From Tubiluchus corallicola (lineage: Eukaryota; Animalia; Priapulida), in contig JAQGDQ010000006.1 of the NCBI GenBank assembly GCA_030141605.1, positions 1,731,580-1,795,579 on the forward strand: a stretch of DNA of 64,000 nucleotides, in the 5' to 3' direction. The position numbers and the translations under genes were made by a program. Shown piece by piece: positions 27,311 through 39,607 of this stretch (its first letter is position 1; every line of letters starts with the position of its first letter). The notes beneath the pieces were generated by a model. The model saw nothing but the letters and a program-made list of their open reading frames with translations, ran no database searches and had not been told where the DNA came from.

Positions 27311-28971
27311 ATGGAAGAGACTTTGAAGACCATCTTTTATTTTAGAATTCTGACTGCCTAGTGGGTCACTGATTCAAACCCAGGCTCAGTGTAGTCAAGT
27401 TTGATACCAAAATTCAGCAGTTGAGGTTTTATATAAACACATTTTATTTTTCATGACCTTTAGTATTAAAAAAAATCTGATTGATAAACATTAGTAAGGA
27501 ATTGTGCAGTTACTGTGTTTAGGTAAATACGAGGGTCAAGCACATATAAGCACATATTTAAAACAGTTTAAACAAGTGTCAGAAATAATGCTTGGGCCTT
27601 TATTTGCTTTAATTGTCTTCGAACATTGAGAAACGTCCAGCTGAGATTTAGTAGCGCTTAAACTGTACAGACCGTGAAAAGAACCTACCGATCATTAAAC
27701 TAGATCAGTGTCGTAATAAACTTGAATAATTTCCATTGTCAAATCTGTGGTGAAATTACAATCAAGGTGAATAAGGTAAATAACAAGTATGATTGATCTG
27801 CTCTCATCTGACCTACTAATTCGCGTTAATTAAGCGGTTCTTTAACATAATTGTGCTACGTTATTAAATATGAGAGTCGTAATTAGGTTTAACGATAGGC
27901 TATTTGATTAATTCCGCCTTAGGAATGAGTAAGTACTATAATATAATGTTCACACATTTACATTCAGATATCCACATTTTAACAGCGACAGTGCATCAAC
28001 AACAATCTAGTGATACAAATGTTAAACTAAAACATTACTGAAAGTTTACGATTTTGTAGTTTTTATAAGTTTCTGTGCTATATATGCCCCCATCCCTCCC
28101 ACTCCTAGCATTCATCAGACATTTCAACAGATAGTACATATACTTCATATACATCTTCGTCATTGATTGGGATTGTAACACTTCATTAATAAATATTTAT
28201 GCTGGTTTTTCAAAATGTTTATTTGTAACATAGTATTTGTTCTTCATTTTTGTATAGTCATTGACATAAAACAGTGCAATAGCTTGTGCATATGAGCTAG
28301 TAGTGTAATCAGTGTCTGCCAAATTGAAGCCTGACTCAGACCTGAATAATAAAAGACTGTCGAAAGGTGTTTAGGACGATTGCCTTATACAGAGGGAGAG
28401 GAAAGGGATTACAAAGTAGAGTACACAGATGTCCTGTTCTCATAAAGATCTGAATAATTAGTATGTAGAGTAACATTCGTTTCTGGCTATTGAAGTTTGC
28501 CTTTACAAATACGCTGTATCAGTTTGCTACACGACACAGATTACATGCTCACCCCAATGCTCAACTCAAACCAGCAGTATGCTAAGAATCCAGAAGTACA
28601 TGCCGCATACACGCCGTACATACATAACATACGTTCATAGATAGAATACATGTGCACATAGCTCCACAATTGATTACCTGCATATGTTATCACAAGTGGT
28701 ATTTCCAGCGATTTAATTTGCTCATCATTATTTTTTGTCTGTTTATCATTACCATGCCCACTAGAACATAAATATAATTTACATTTTTAAGTATGTCAAC
28801 TTTAGAAATGTCGTGATCCACATAACAGCACCTCTTTGAACTTTTGGAAGTTTAAAATTAGAACATTGCACTGAGTGCAGTCAGAGTGCAAAAATCAGGC
28901 TTAAGGCGTCTGAAATCATTAGGTGAAGTGTTAAATGTTTTAAGTTTTTTGGTAGATGTTTACGATCTAAC

Positions 28972-29326
28972 TGTTGTGGAGATCGCTGACGTCAAGTAGA
29001 ATTGCACAGAACGTCGTAGAATGTTCTGTCGGGATGACCGCTTTAGCGTCTGGATTGTTCTCGAACATTTGTTCCAGAAGTTTCTGCAGTGCGCTATATA
29101 AGGCGAAGCAGGCTGCCGACAGGGGATCGCACGCAGATCTAACACGGACTTATACTTACGCATTTATACTTACTTAAACGTTTTCCAGATTTTCACGTTT
29201 ATTGTAATCATTTCAACGTTCCTTCATCTTTTGTATAGTAGAATTCTCGCTAAATAAAGCAGTTTTATTTGACGGCGTGTTTTCTGGTTTTCTCTACGAG
29301 CCTTTCGAGAGAAACTAAACACAACA
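28972..29326 (+). mobile_element. Solo LTR (355 bp) of an LTR retrotransposon, specific to PBLD copy 1
   Basis: TGTTGTG...CACAACA termini and 5-bp TSD CTAAC (28967-28971, 29327-29331). TATATAA at 29095, AATAAA at 29253. Empty site GATCTAAC|ATGTACATT in copies 2 and 3 (about 45124 and 59511). Confidence 0.92.
28987..29101 (+). promoter_or_regulatory. CRE, heat-shock-element cluster and TATA box inside the solo LTR
   Basis: TGACGTCA 28987-28994; GAAtgTTC 29019-29026; TTCtcGAA 29058-29065; TTCcaGAAgtTTC 29072-29084; TATATAA 29095-29101. Confidence 0.65.
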
Positions 29327-29421
29327 CTAACTTGTATATTAAGTAATACGATACAGACAACATACTAGATTAAAAATTTCTAGCTTCATATTTGCATTTT
29401 GTTTCTACTCAACAGACCAAG

Positions 29422-32400
29422 ATGACAAGTTTAAATAAGGGATGCACGTTGCCTTTATATGTGGTGGATGCTTTCACAAGCCAGGCATTTGCTGGAAATG
29501 CTACTGTTGTATGTCTAGTGTCACACAATCAGGTAAATTAATGATCTGTCATTAACAAACTTTTCGTCTTAATCTGTTGTCAGCTATTTTTATTGCACTG
29601 TTCTTCACTGCAAATAACTTGTGATCCTATAGCACAAAATCAAAGTCAATGTATGTGGCTTAATCGCACTCTTATTTATGTAAAGATACGAGTTTTTAAC
29701 TACTAACTGATAATGTTTCTTGTTATTTATTTATGCGATTAACTCAATTAATCTACTGTGTTACAATAAATAAATCATTATATTATAATATTTAAATCAC
29801 AGGCTTGCATAATAAAAATCACTGGTTTCCTTTTAGAAATATTGAAACAAATTTAACAAGTTAGATGAAAATAAAAGTGTCCATTTGGTCACAGCTGAAA
29901 TCAATTTGTAATCAATTAAACTTATAACATCAGTCATAATAATGTCAGGATAATGGTGACTGTGCCTTTCAGTTATGTTTGTATTTGGATCTATTATAAC
30001 AGTAGGTGTTTTTCATAAAGCGTTAGTATAATTTTAAGTGAGAATTACAATGAGTATCAATGCAGAAAATGCATTTTGTTGTTGTTGTTGTTTCCGTCTC
30101 TACTGAGGCTTTGTAGTTTCTTTTTGCAATTAGAATAGATATTCTGTGTATTATTTGAACTGTACAAAACAGCAGATATGTTATATGTTCAAAATGTATC
30201 CCAAACTGCCCAAAAGCTGTGTTGTTTTTATTAGTTGAATTGTGGTGTAATCTGCATTTCTTGGGTTATATTATTAAATGGCTGTAGACATTGTGATGTA
30301 TATAGTCCTTCGGTTATTCTATTTTAGGTAATCGACGATGCAAAAATGCAAAAAATTGCTTTCGAAATGAACTTGCCGATAACCGGTTTCATTGCACTGC
30401 CAACAGAAAACGATTCGTTCAAGAATTCTTCCCGTTTTGGTCTACGATGGTTTACCCCTGCCTGCGAATTCCAACTGTGCGGTCATTCCACTCTTGCTGC
30501 TGCCACGGTGCTTTTCTCTTGTGTTGGTAAATTTGCTAAGCAGGACAGAAATGTAAATCTAGAAGCTGAAGCTGAGTCAGTTGCTACTAAATCAGCTGAG
30601 TCACACAGTAAATCAGCTAGCTCGGCTGAAACTGAGTCAGTTGCTACTAAATCAGCTGACACTCACAGTAAATCAGCTAACTCGGCTGAAACTGAGTCAG
30701 TTGCTACTAAATCATCTGACACTCACATAGTAAATCAGCTAGCTCGGCTGAAGTAATTTTAATGTTGTAATTGTAATTTTAAACAAACAAGCATACAAAA
30801 ACATACGTAAACTTGATAAAATCCTAAACAAAAAAATCTTTGCTTACGAATAGCCTAAATTGCTGCAGTTCAAGAATATGCCGGTACATGGTTTTTAAGA
30901 ACGTGACAACTGACAACTGTGTGAGTGACAGTACTTTCTCTACCTTACTGCAGATGCTAGCAGTGCAGCACCATCATGTGCTCTGGTTCCGTACAAGTAT
31001 AAAGAAAGAACTAAAGAAAAAAGACTTATTGTATTGAATATTATCGATAATATTGAGTGAAAATAGGGGGCGCTGCAGTTCTGATACTTATACACAACCG
31101 CCACTGTGCTGCATAAACACTAGGCCAAGTTGACCAAAACCTAAATTTTCCTAAGTGAACTTGGTTCAGGAATTGACACTTATGATTACTCCTTCAGTGG
31201 CTTACTTACTGGAGTTCACCATTACGAATGACAGATTGTGATTCTTATGTCCTGCAGCAACAATTTAGTGTTAGTTTGAATAGTTCTATTTGTGAACTGG
31301 TTTAAGTGATTCGACAGCACGCCCCTTTATATGCCATATATCTCTCATAATTTATGTACTCGCGATGTTAAAAAAATCTCCTGGCTTATAATCTGGCAAC
31401 TCTAGCAATGGATTTATTGAAAATATAATTTAAATCCAACCCTTGGCAAGGCTTATCTGGATTACCAACAAATCAATACTAAACACCAAAATGATCCCAT
31501 ACCTGTGGCTAATGTTGCCTATTTGTGCATTTTATTTAATTTTGAATTGACTGCTTTCTCATTCAAAAATTTCTGAAGTTTAGTATCTCTGCCAGCACAC
31601 GTACAATATGACCGCATTGCAACCAGTGATTTCATCATCATCATAAGCCTGTTACATTATTTCTAGACATTGGGCAGGCAAAATTCTAAAATAATAGAAA
31701 TCTGTCCTCAAAACAGGTAAACACAGCAGTAATCTAACAAAAACTGGACACTGCTATGCCAGTGACTTTTTCGCAAGAGCAAAAATCATCACAGCCGGCA
31801 AAAATGTCAGCTACCTCGACTTCCGTCACCGAGCGGCTGGCACGACTAAAGCTGGGTTTCTTATCGGCTAGGTCGACTGTAGAAATAAACCGGCTGGAGC
31901 TGAGCTGAAGCGGTACGGCTCTGGCTTCTATGGCGATCCCATAAGTATTTTTCACGTTGTCTTGAAAATCAGGGAGTTTTTATTTGCCAACCTAATACCA
32001 AACGAATTCACTGTGAATTTATTTGTGTGCTAATGTGTTTACTTCAAATAAGCTTCCATGCAGTTTTGCTTTTTTTTCTTCTATTGCTTGGAGATTGTGT
32101 GCCTTTTTTTGCATTTTAGGACTTAAAGCATTCCGCTGTTTTCAGTTCTCATCATATTTGGCATTTTCTTAGGAGACTGTCAGCTTTCCCTTCTTTTTAT
32201 CTGCACTTTAAAAAATTGGAAAAGAAAAATAGTGCCTGTTAACCATATTCTAAACCATATTCTATTCAAATAATGAAATTACAATTAGGCATTGCAATAT
32301 TTGATTGTATTGCTAATCCACTAATGCTACGATTAGGCTCTAAATATTTGTGAAATTGATAATCATTATGATAGGCAGGTCTGAAATTAAAAGGCAGCTA

Positions 32401-35400
32401 GTGAATATATCTACAGCTATGTAAATTATTACAGGTAACGAATTTACAGAGATTACATTTGATACGCTGAGTGGACCACTTGTTGCCAGAAAAAAAGAGG
32501 ACAATATGATTCTGCTTGATTTTCCTGCTAATCCAACTATTAGTGTTAACAAGGAAAATGTGAAAGAGCTTTTAAAGGTACCTACTCTTTTGAATGAGCT
32601 GTAAAACAAGTTTGCTTGGGTTTTTGTTGTAAGTAATTTTATCATTGAAGCTTTTAGCAGGTAGGTGGTTGACAGTTTGGAAGACATTCTGACACCTTGG
32701 TATATTTATGTATTTTAGGAAATTTCCAGGCTTACTCGTTTTAACTGTGTGTGCTGGCCATGTTTTTCAAATGTATCATATGGGCTGTTTTTTTGGTCAA
32801 TAGCTAAATTGCAGCTTTGCACAGACTTTTTTGAAGGCATATTACTTAGTATTATCTTACTTGTATTACTTAGTATTACGCTTTCTTGCCTGCAATACTC
32901 ATGTAAATAGAAAAGACACATTTTCTAGCTTTATGTAAGTAAAGGGCTTTCTTGCCTGCAATACTCATGTAAATAGAAAAGACACATTTTCTAGCTTTAT
33001 GTAAGTAAAGGGCTTTCTTGCCTGCAATACTCATGTAAATAGAAAAGACACATTTTCTAGCTTTATGTAAGTAAAGGGCTTTCTTGCCTGCAATACTCTT
33101 GTAAATAGAAAAGACACATTTTCTAGCTTTATGTAAGTAAAGGGCTTTCTTGCCTGCAATACTCATGTAAATAGAAAAGACACATTTTCTAGCTTTATGT
33201 AAGTAAAGGGCTTTCTTGCCTTTTATGACAATTTTTTGGTGTTTTAATTAACCCTATTCAGTTTTTGAATTTACCTGAAGAGGGGGACAGCATGAGAGGA
33301 GCATGGAAATTATTCAAAGGTGGGACGGGGTGGGGTGGTTACAGTAATGGTGGCAGTGAAGCGCTTGCTGTTACTTTATTGTTTCTTTTTACTGGCTGTT
33401 ACACACCCGTGCATGCATGCACACGCACGCACACACCCACACACACACACTGTTACATAATATAGTAAAGTATATCATATCACTCTTTTCGGTGATTCTA
33501 GATTGCATAGCACTCCTACAATAGGACTAGTTGAAGTTTAGCAAACAACTATCACAATTACTAACCTGACATTCTGTGCATTAAATTTAGAAATCCACAG
33601 ATTAAAGATACGAGACAATGCCGCTATGATAAAACTAAGGGTGCATTCAGACTAGCGAGTTTTCTGTTGGGAGTTTTTCTCTAACACCAAACTTGCAAGT
33701 GTGAACTGCTTTGCGAGTTACTATCGACAAGTCATTGCACACTTTCAGACAGTTGCTACGAAATGATTTCCTGTTTAGTGTGAACAGTCTCAGCGAGTTA
33801 CTCTTGACACTGCTCCCAGTGAATAGAGGAGGAGTATCAGCTGGTGTTTACTTCATGCTGGAGAATTTTGTTCTTTAGTCTGAACGTGCTTGCGAGTTAC
33901 TTGGCGAGAAAATTTGCTAGTATGAATGCTTCATTACTCTCAAAAGCAGTGCGACAAAATATCAACATTCTTGCAACAGTCAAGTCATCTAAATTCTTCT
34001 TTGTAAAAAGTATTTTGGTCCAAACTTTAATACACTGTAGAATCTTACGTGAATGTTTTTTATAATACAGGTACTTGTTGGAGATTTACCTATTGTTGAT
34101 GTGGAGTATGCTCCTGTTATACAACAAATGATTGTGTGTCTTCAAGATTCTGTGTCCAGGTGTGCATGTTGATAATTTTTTATTTGGTTTGTCGTGTGTC
34201 ATTCGTTTTGCACTTTTCATTTGCTTTCATGTTATTATACATACTATAAAATTGCTGCAAATTGCACAAATCTGCAATTAATCTCTATTTCTATGAAGTG
34301 TGTTTGTGTATGTTTGTTTATTTGTTTGCTATAAAGTCCTGTTTTATTTATTTAACTTAAAATTTGGTCTATTAAGTTGCTAATACATCACACTCCCCAT
34401 TGAATTATGGGATATGTACAGTTATGTGCAGAAATCAATTAACAAAAGCTGAAGTCAGTCTACTTTTTAACTTTTGGCAGGAGTTCTACTTACATGAAAA
34501 AGAATTTAAAATACACTATGTTTCAGTCCATTGTTGGGTTCATTCTCTCATTGTCTCATTTTTCATTCATTAGTCATTGATGTTATTATTGTTGTAAGTA
34601 TAAGGCTTCATGTGTGTGTGTGTGTTTTACCTTCAGGCAAGGACTACTATACAACAGGACGTGCACAGTCAGATCTCTGATTCCGCCAGCGGAGGCGATC
34701 AATACTTGTAATGAACGTAATCTAGAAATAGTGCGCTTTAGAGAGTAGTGATCTTGGAAATTAAAGAATGGACGGATCGGTAGATAGCGAGTATTATTTT
34801 TCATTTAATTGGTTCTTTACATTACGGGAGAAAAGTTCCAATTGTTTATTTTATGTATCAAAGGAAATTAGTGTTCATTTTTACTTCTTAAATAGCGCAC
34901 TACTTTAGGCGTAAGTGTGTTTTACCGGAAGTAGTGCTTTGTCATTGTTAATGTGTCATTGTTCAAAGTCAAGTGAAGCGTTGTTTTCGTGCTTGTGTTT
35001 GTTTCTTTTGGGATTATTTTCAAAATTTCTCGTGGATTTTATACATCTGTGCTCAGCAGCATGCCTAACAAGGTAACTATGACACGGAGAACAAGTGTCG
35101 TGTGTTCAGACTGCCAAGAGATCATGTAGAAAAACAGAAATGGCTAAGTGTTCTTCCCCCACGCGAAGGCTTTGTTGTTGATCCATCGAAATTTTTCATT
35201 TGCGAAAAGCATTGGCCATCGGATACTCAAATAGTCAAAATTCCAGGTGGTCACACCAGCCAGTGGATCCACCCAGTATTTTCAACGTTCCAACATCATG
35301 CTTGCCCACTCCAAAGCCACCACCTCGCCCTCCAAAAACTGAGGACCAGCAGCTGAATTATTTCTTTAAAAAGGATAAAATAACTTATCTCAATGAATTC

Positions 35401-38400
35401 ACTCCTGAGAAAGACCTGCATAAGACGTATCAGAACCTCATTATATCTCGCGCACAAGACAAATTTGTGTGCATGTTCATGGAAGAGGACCACAGTCAAT
35501 GTTATATGTCAATTATTGTTCACAATAAGCCTACCTTGTGTTCCCCTCTTACTCTGTATGCTTTCAAAAACGGGATCAGTGTGCCATTAATTAAAATCCT
35601 CAGTCCGAACAATGGACTGTCCTCTTACTCACAATTTTTCGCGGTTGTGAATTCTGTTGTCAACCACATTCATCATGTTGATGATATTGTCAACAAAGTG
35701 ACAAAGTCTCTTGAACTTGAACTAGCTCAAAATCGAGAACAATCTCCTAGTGTTAATGCTAAAGCCAAGAAGCTCAAATTTCTAACACGACAGCTTCGAC
35801 TATTATGTGATAAGACTTTCACAGTGTCTGATTATTGCTTTGCAATAGAGTCATTTCCCCATTGCAATTACGAACAACTGCGTGACTTTTTAGTGTTACC
35901 CAGCAAAAGAAAGCTGCAGTCAGTTATTTCATCGACAGATATTGACAAGGTGCTAGGTAAAACATTTCAGAAAGTAAAAAGCTCTGAGCAGAAACACTGT
36001 ATGCTATTGGTGGATGAAGTGAAAATATGCCCAACAGTGGCTTAAGGTCCCATGTTGCTTAATTTTGCAGCTAAGGACACTGTGAGCAACAAGCTAATCC
36101 TGTCATTCGTGATAAAACAATAAAGAGACATTTATTTTCAGGGAGATCTTGGAAGCAAGGGCACCGGATATTTTTGCTCTTCCTGCAGCTAACACATCCC
36201 TGATGAAACTGTACGGTGTCCACTTGACGGTTAAAGCTCCAGCCAACTCCGGCTATGACTTTTATTCCCGCAGTTTTTTTCCCTGGATTGGAACGTCTGA
36301 AGATCCAGTTTGTGGTAAACAATTTGCATTGTTTATGTAAGAATGAATGAATATACTATTGATATATATGAATTAATTATAATTATCTTTGCTTTAAAGT
36401 AAAGCTAAACAAAAGAAATTATGTTTATTATTCTTGATGTGCACCATTTTGCTGCGTCTGTGTTTGCCAGTAAGTGGCGTACTCTACTGGCGTTGTTTTG
36501 TAACTTTTCTTTCTCTTTTGAAATGCAGCACAACTAGGGTTGTGGTTTATACAGTAAAATAATTAATATTGGAACATACGATAATTTGAGGCTTCATGCC
36601 ATACAAAAGAGGTAGCTATACGAAGATTGTTAATTAGTTAGTTAGCTATATAAGCTAGTCAGTTAGTCAATCAGTTAGTTTTGGCAAGTTTTCAGTATGG
36701 CATGTTGGGTTGGACAGCTGGGTGTTCTTGGCACTCTTGGCGGCTTTACATTCTTGGAGGCTTGGCGATGGGGTGGAAGACAGAGGCAAGATTTGGAGTG
36801 GAAAACAGGTAGAGTGTCGGCAGTGGGACTGATGTAGGAAGATAGTAGGGTGTGAAGAGAACCACCTAAACTGCAAGAGTGCCCAAATCAATACCAAAAC
36901 ACTAAAATGATCCCATGCGTGTGTCTAACATTGCCTATTTTTGTGTTTAATTTTGAATTGACTGCTTTCTCATTAAAAAATTTTTCAAAGATAGTATCTC
37001 TGCCAGCACACGCACACAGTATGACCACGAATCCGTAGTGCATTCGCCAAATTTCACCCAGTGATTTCGTCATCATCACAAGCCTGTTATGTCAATTGTA
37101 GACATTGGGTAGGCAGAACTCTAAAATAAAAGAAATCTGCCCTCAAGACAGGTAAACACAGCAGTAACCTAGCAAAAAACTAGACACTGCTTTGGCAGTG
37201 GCTTGTTCGCAAGAGCTAAAATCTTCGCAGCCGGCAAAAATGTCGGCTGGCTCCACTCATCTCTGAGTGGCTGGTGCGACTAAAGCTGGGTTTCTTATCG
37301 GCTAGGTCGACTGTAGAAGTGAATTGCCTGGAGTTCAGCTGAAACGACATGGCTCATGCCTCTAGTTTTAAGATGAAGATTAGTTTTAGTTTTGTTCTGT
37401 GTTAGTCTTGCATTTTCTGTCTTAAGTCTGACTGAAAATCACTATGTCACTGAAGGAGTTGCCAGTTTTATGGTTTTTCTGTTGAGGTGGTTTCTAACTT
37501 TGCAGTTTTTATGAGAATAATGAAATTTTGGCCACAAAATATTCTATCCAGTACAGAAGGACTTATGTGGTAATAGTTCCAGTGAATAAAGTATACATTG
37601 TAGGCCTGATTTTCAAAAACATGAAATGTTTTTTTTTCAAAAACATGAAAAGCCTATCTTAATTCATTATATTTGCATGTTTAAAGTTTGCAATGTTTGA
37701 TGCCAGTAATCTCCAACTAATTTCTGACTATGTTAGGGTCGGCTCACACTATATTTGGTTGTTACTGGCAAAAAGTGCTGGGAAAATCAACTTTTCAAGG
37801 TAGGATAATTTGCTGTTTTATGACGTTTGTTATAATTTAACTTATGATGCTTATTCGTTTATGATCTGATTTTGTATGTTTTTCAGTATGTCAGTAGATC
37901 TCAATTTAAATTCTGTGCAAGATTATTACCATGCTGACAAAGAGCGACATAGGTTTGATTTACTTAATGTCGTACAGCACACTGTAATTTAATGTGTGTA
38001 AAGTCCTCGAAAGGTTAAAAAATGAAAATTTCCAGCCATTGTAAATAACTGCGTCTTAGTTTACATAATTTTTCACAAAAAATTACAGAATGCTATAAAA
38101 TATAATTGTTATTTTGAACAATATATATTTTTAGTGGCCAGTCACAAAGTATAATTACTGCCCTGCAATACCATATCACATAGACTTGTGCAGCATATGT
38201 TACCGGAACAGTATCTTGCTTAACCCTTTTACCGCCTCCATGATGTACTATTATGTCTATTTTTTGTATTGGCTTATGCCTATTTGATGTACATATTTAT
38301 CATTAGTATCTAGCGCTCCATTTAAACTCTGGCGAAGTGTATTATCGCTTAGTTTAGTACGTTTAGACAGCTAGCAGGGCCCAGCACAGCTCCAGGAATA

Positions 38401-39391
38401 TGTGTAAACTGAGTTTGACCTTATTTCCTTGGCTACATAGCACATCTGCTACGTACATATATGTCTTCGACTGTGAATTCTGCATCATTTGAAATTTGCT
38501 GTTTTTGCACATTTTTATTATTATTAATAATAATCTTTTGTTCGTATAAAATTTTTTATACAGCAATGTAGTTTTAGTATAAATAATTAATACAATGAAA
38601 AATAATTTTTGTTAGTAATTAAAAAACAAGAGATTTAGAGATTTTAAGACAATTTTCAGCAAAAAGCTTAAAGATTTGATAGTTTTGGAGGTTTTAATGC
38701 ATATGCACACTCTCCCACTTATTTTAGAGATGATGGACCTATATATATATATATATATATATATATGTTCTAAACATTCTTGATAGATATATAAAAATGA
38801 TCTGTAAAGGGATTATTATTCTTGTACACAATTCTACGTGATTTTAAGGCTTTTGGTTTTTGCATGTATTTTACTTTTGATAAATGTATACCAAAACAAA
38901 TATATTTTTAATTGTGACTTGCACAAGTTGATTTTCGGGCTGAATTTAGGGGCTGAAGCTGTTTTACTTGCATGACACTATAATTTTGCTTTGGAGGTTC
39001 ATTTATTGATCTAAATTCAGTTTCATGTGCAGTTTCATATCACCATATTGCCTCATTTGCAAATAAATATAAAACTTAAACAAGTAAGTAAATATATAGG
39101 CCTAACAAATTTTCGTGAATGAATGTAATGATTGATTGATTGAATGAATGAATGAATAGGTGGGTGCATGATTGATTTTTATTTGGCTTGTTGAAATCAT
39201 ATCTTTTTTTCTTATGAACAATATCAAAATAAAGTTGCAAAGTTGTTATTTTGTCATGTGCTTTGTGCGTTTTTGTAGCTCGTCAGTGCTCAAAAAGAGG
39301 AGGAGATGTCTACGTGAATGTACGAGAAGACAAGAGAGTCGAGATTGGAGGCAAGTCTGTAGTCGTTATAGAAGGAAAGATCTATTTATAG
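29422..39391 (+). CDS. PBLD: Phenazine biosynthesis-like (PhzF/PBLD family) protein, copy 1, 296 aa, divergent active site
   Basis: join(29422..29532,30328..30526,32435..32577,34071..34159,36142..36314,37737..37799,39279..39391) = 891 nt, GT-AG introns, open frame. Motifs VDAFT..AFAGN, LRWFTP..E..LCGH, DTLSG, LDFP, DFYSR.F.PW...EDPVCGSAH, QCSKRGG. Confidence 0.9.
30564..30752. repeat. 60-bp minisatellite, about 3 copies, in intron 2 of PBLD copy 1
   Basis: GCTGAAACTGAGTCAGTTGCTACTAAATCAGCTGAC...CAGTAAATCAGCTAGCTCG repeated; one unit in copies 2 and 3. Confidence 0.9.
31470..31930. repeat. Dispersed repeat present in both intron 2 and intron 5 of the PBLD genes
   Basis: AAATCAATAC...AAAATGATCCC...GGCTCTGGC(T/C)TCTA at about 31470, 36885, 46690, 51838 and 61078. 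Confidence 0.75.
32880..33221. repeat. 66-bp minisatellite, 5 copies, in intron 3 of PBLD copy 1
   Basis: GCTTTCTTGCCTGCAATACTCATG...GTAAAGG x5; a single unit at about 48106 and 62493. It explains ORF 32876..33166. Confidence 0.95.
33639..33933. mobile_element. PIF/Harbinger-type MITE (also at 48610-48904 and 62999-63293)
   Basis: TAA|GGGTGCATTCAGACTAGCGAGTTTTCT ... AGAAAATTTGCTAGTATGAATGCTTCA|TTA, a 21/27 inverted repeat with TWA flanks. Shared by all three units, so it predates the duplications. Confidence 0.75.
34638..36044 (+). mobile_element. 3'-truncated P-element-superfamily (THAP-domain) transposon in intron 4 of PBLD copy 1
   Basis: Starts CAAGGACTACTATA. THAP remnant VFRLP...KWL...ICEKHW (35102 ORF), then a frameshift, then YEQLRDFLVLPSKRKLQ and CMLLVDEVKI (first catalytic Asp region). 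Absent from copy 2. Confidence 0.85.
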
Positions 39392-39607
39392 TCTAAATCA
39401 TGGAATCGTACTTTATCTGATTGCTTTATCACAGTGTTGCCATTCTGGTTGATAAAGATTATTGTTTTGGAAGCTAAAAATTATAGTATTTTCCACCATA
39501 TTATCGCATCTTCATGCAAAATTCAAAATTTCTGTGTATTTGCAGCAAATTGTTATTATTATTGTATAATTATGCATTTAATAAGTAACCATAACACCAA
39601 AAAGTAC

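Noticed and set aside
30527-30756. Extended C-terminus of ORF 30346..30756 (AETESVATKS repeats)
   Set aside because: Read-through past the exon 2 donor into an intronic 60-bp minisatellite.
32876-33221. CRISPR-like or repeat-protein interpretation of the 66-bp array
   Set aside because: Head-to-tail identical units with no spacers, in a eukaryotic intron.
35200-36045. Domesticated THAP9-like host gene
   Set aside because: The THAP domain is incomplete and frameshifted, the transposase is truncated, and the element is present in only one paralogue intron.
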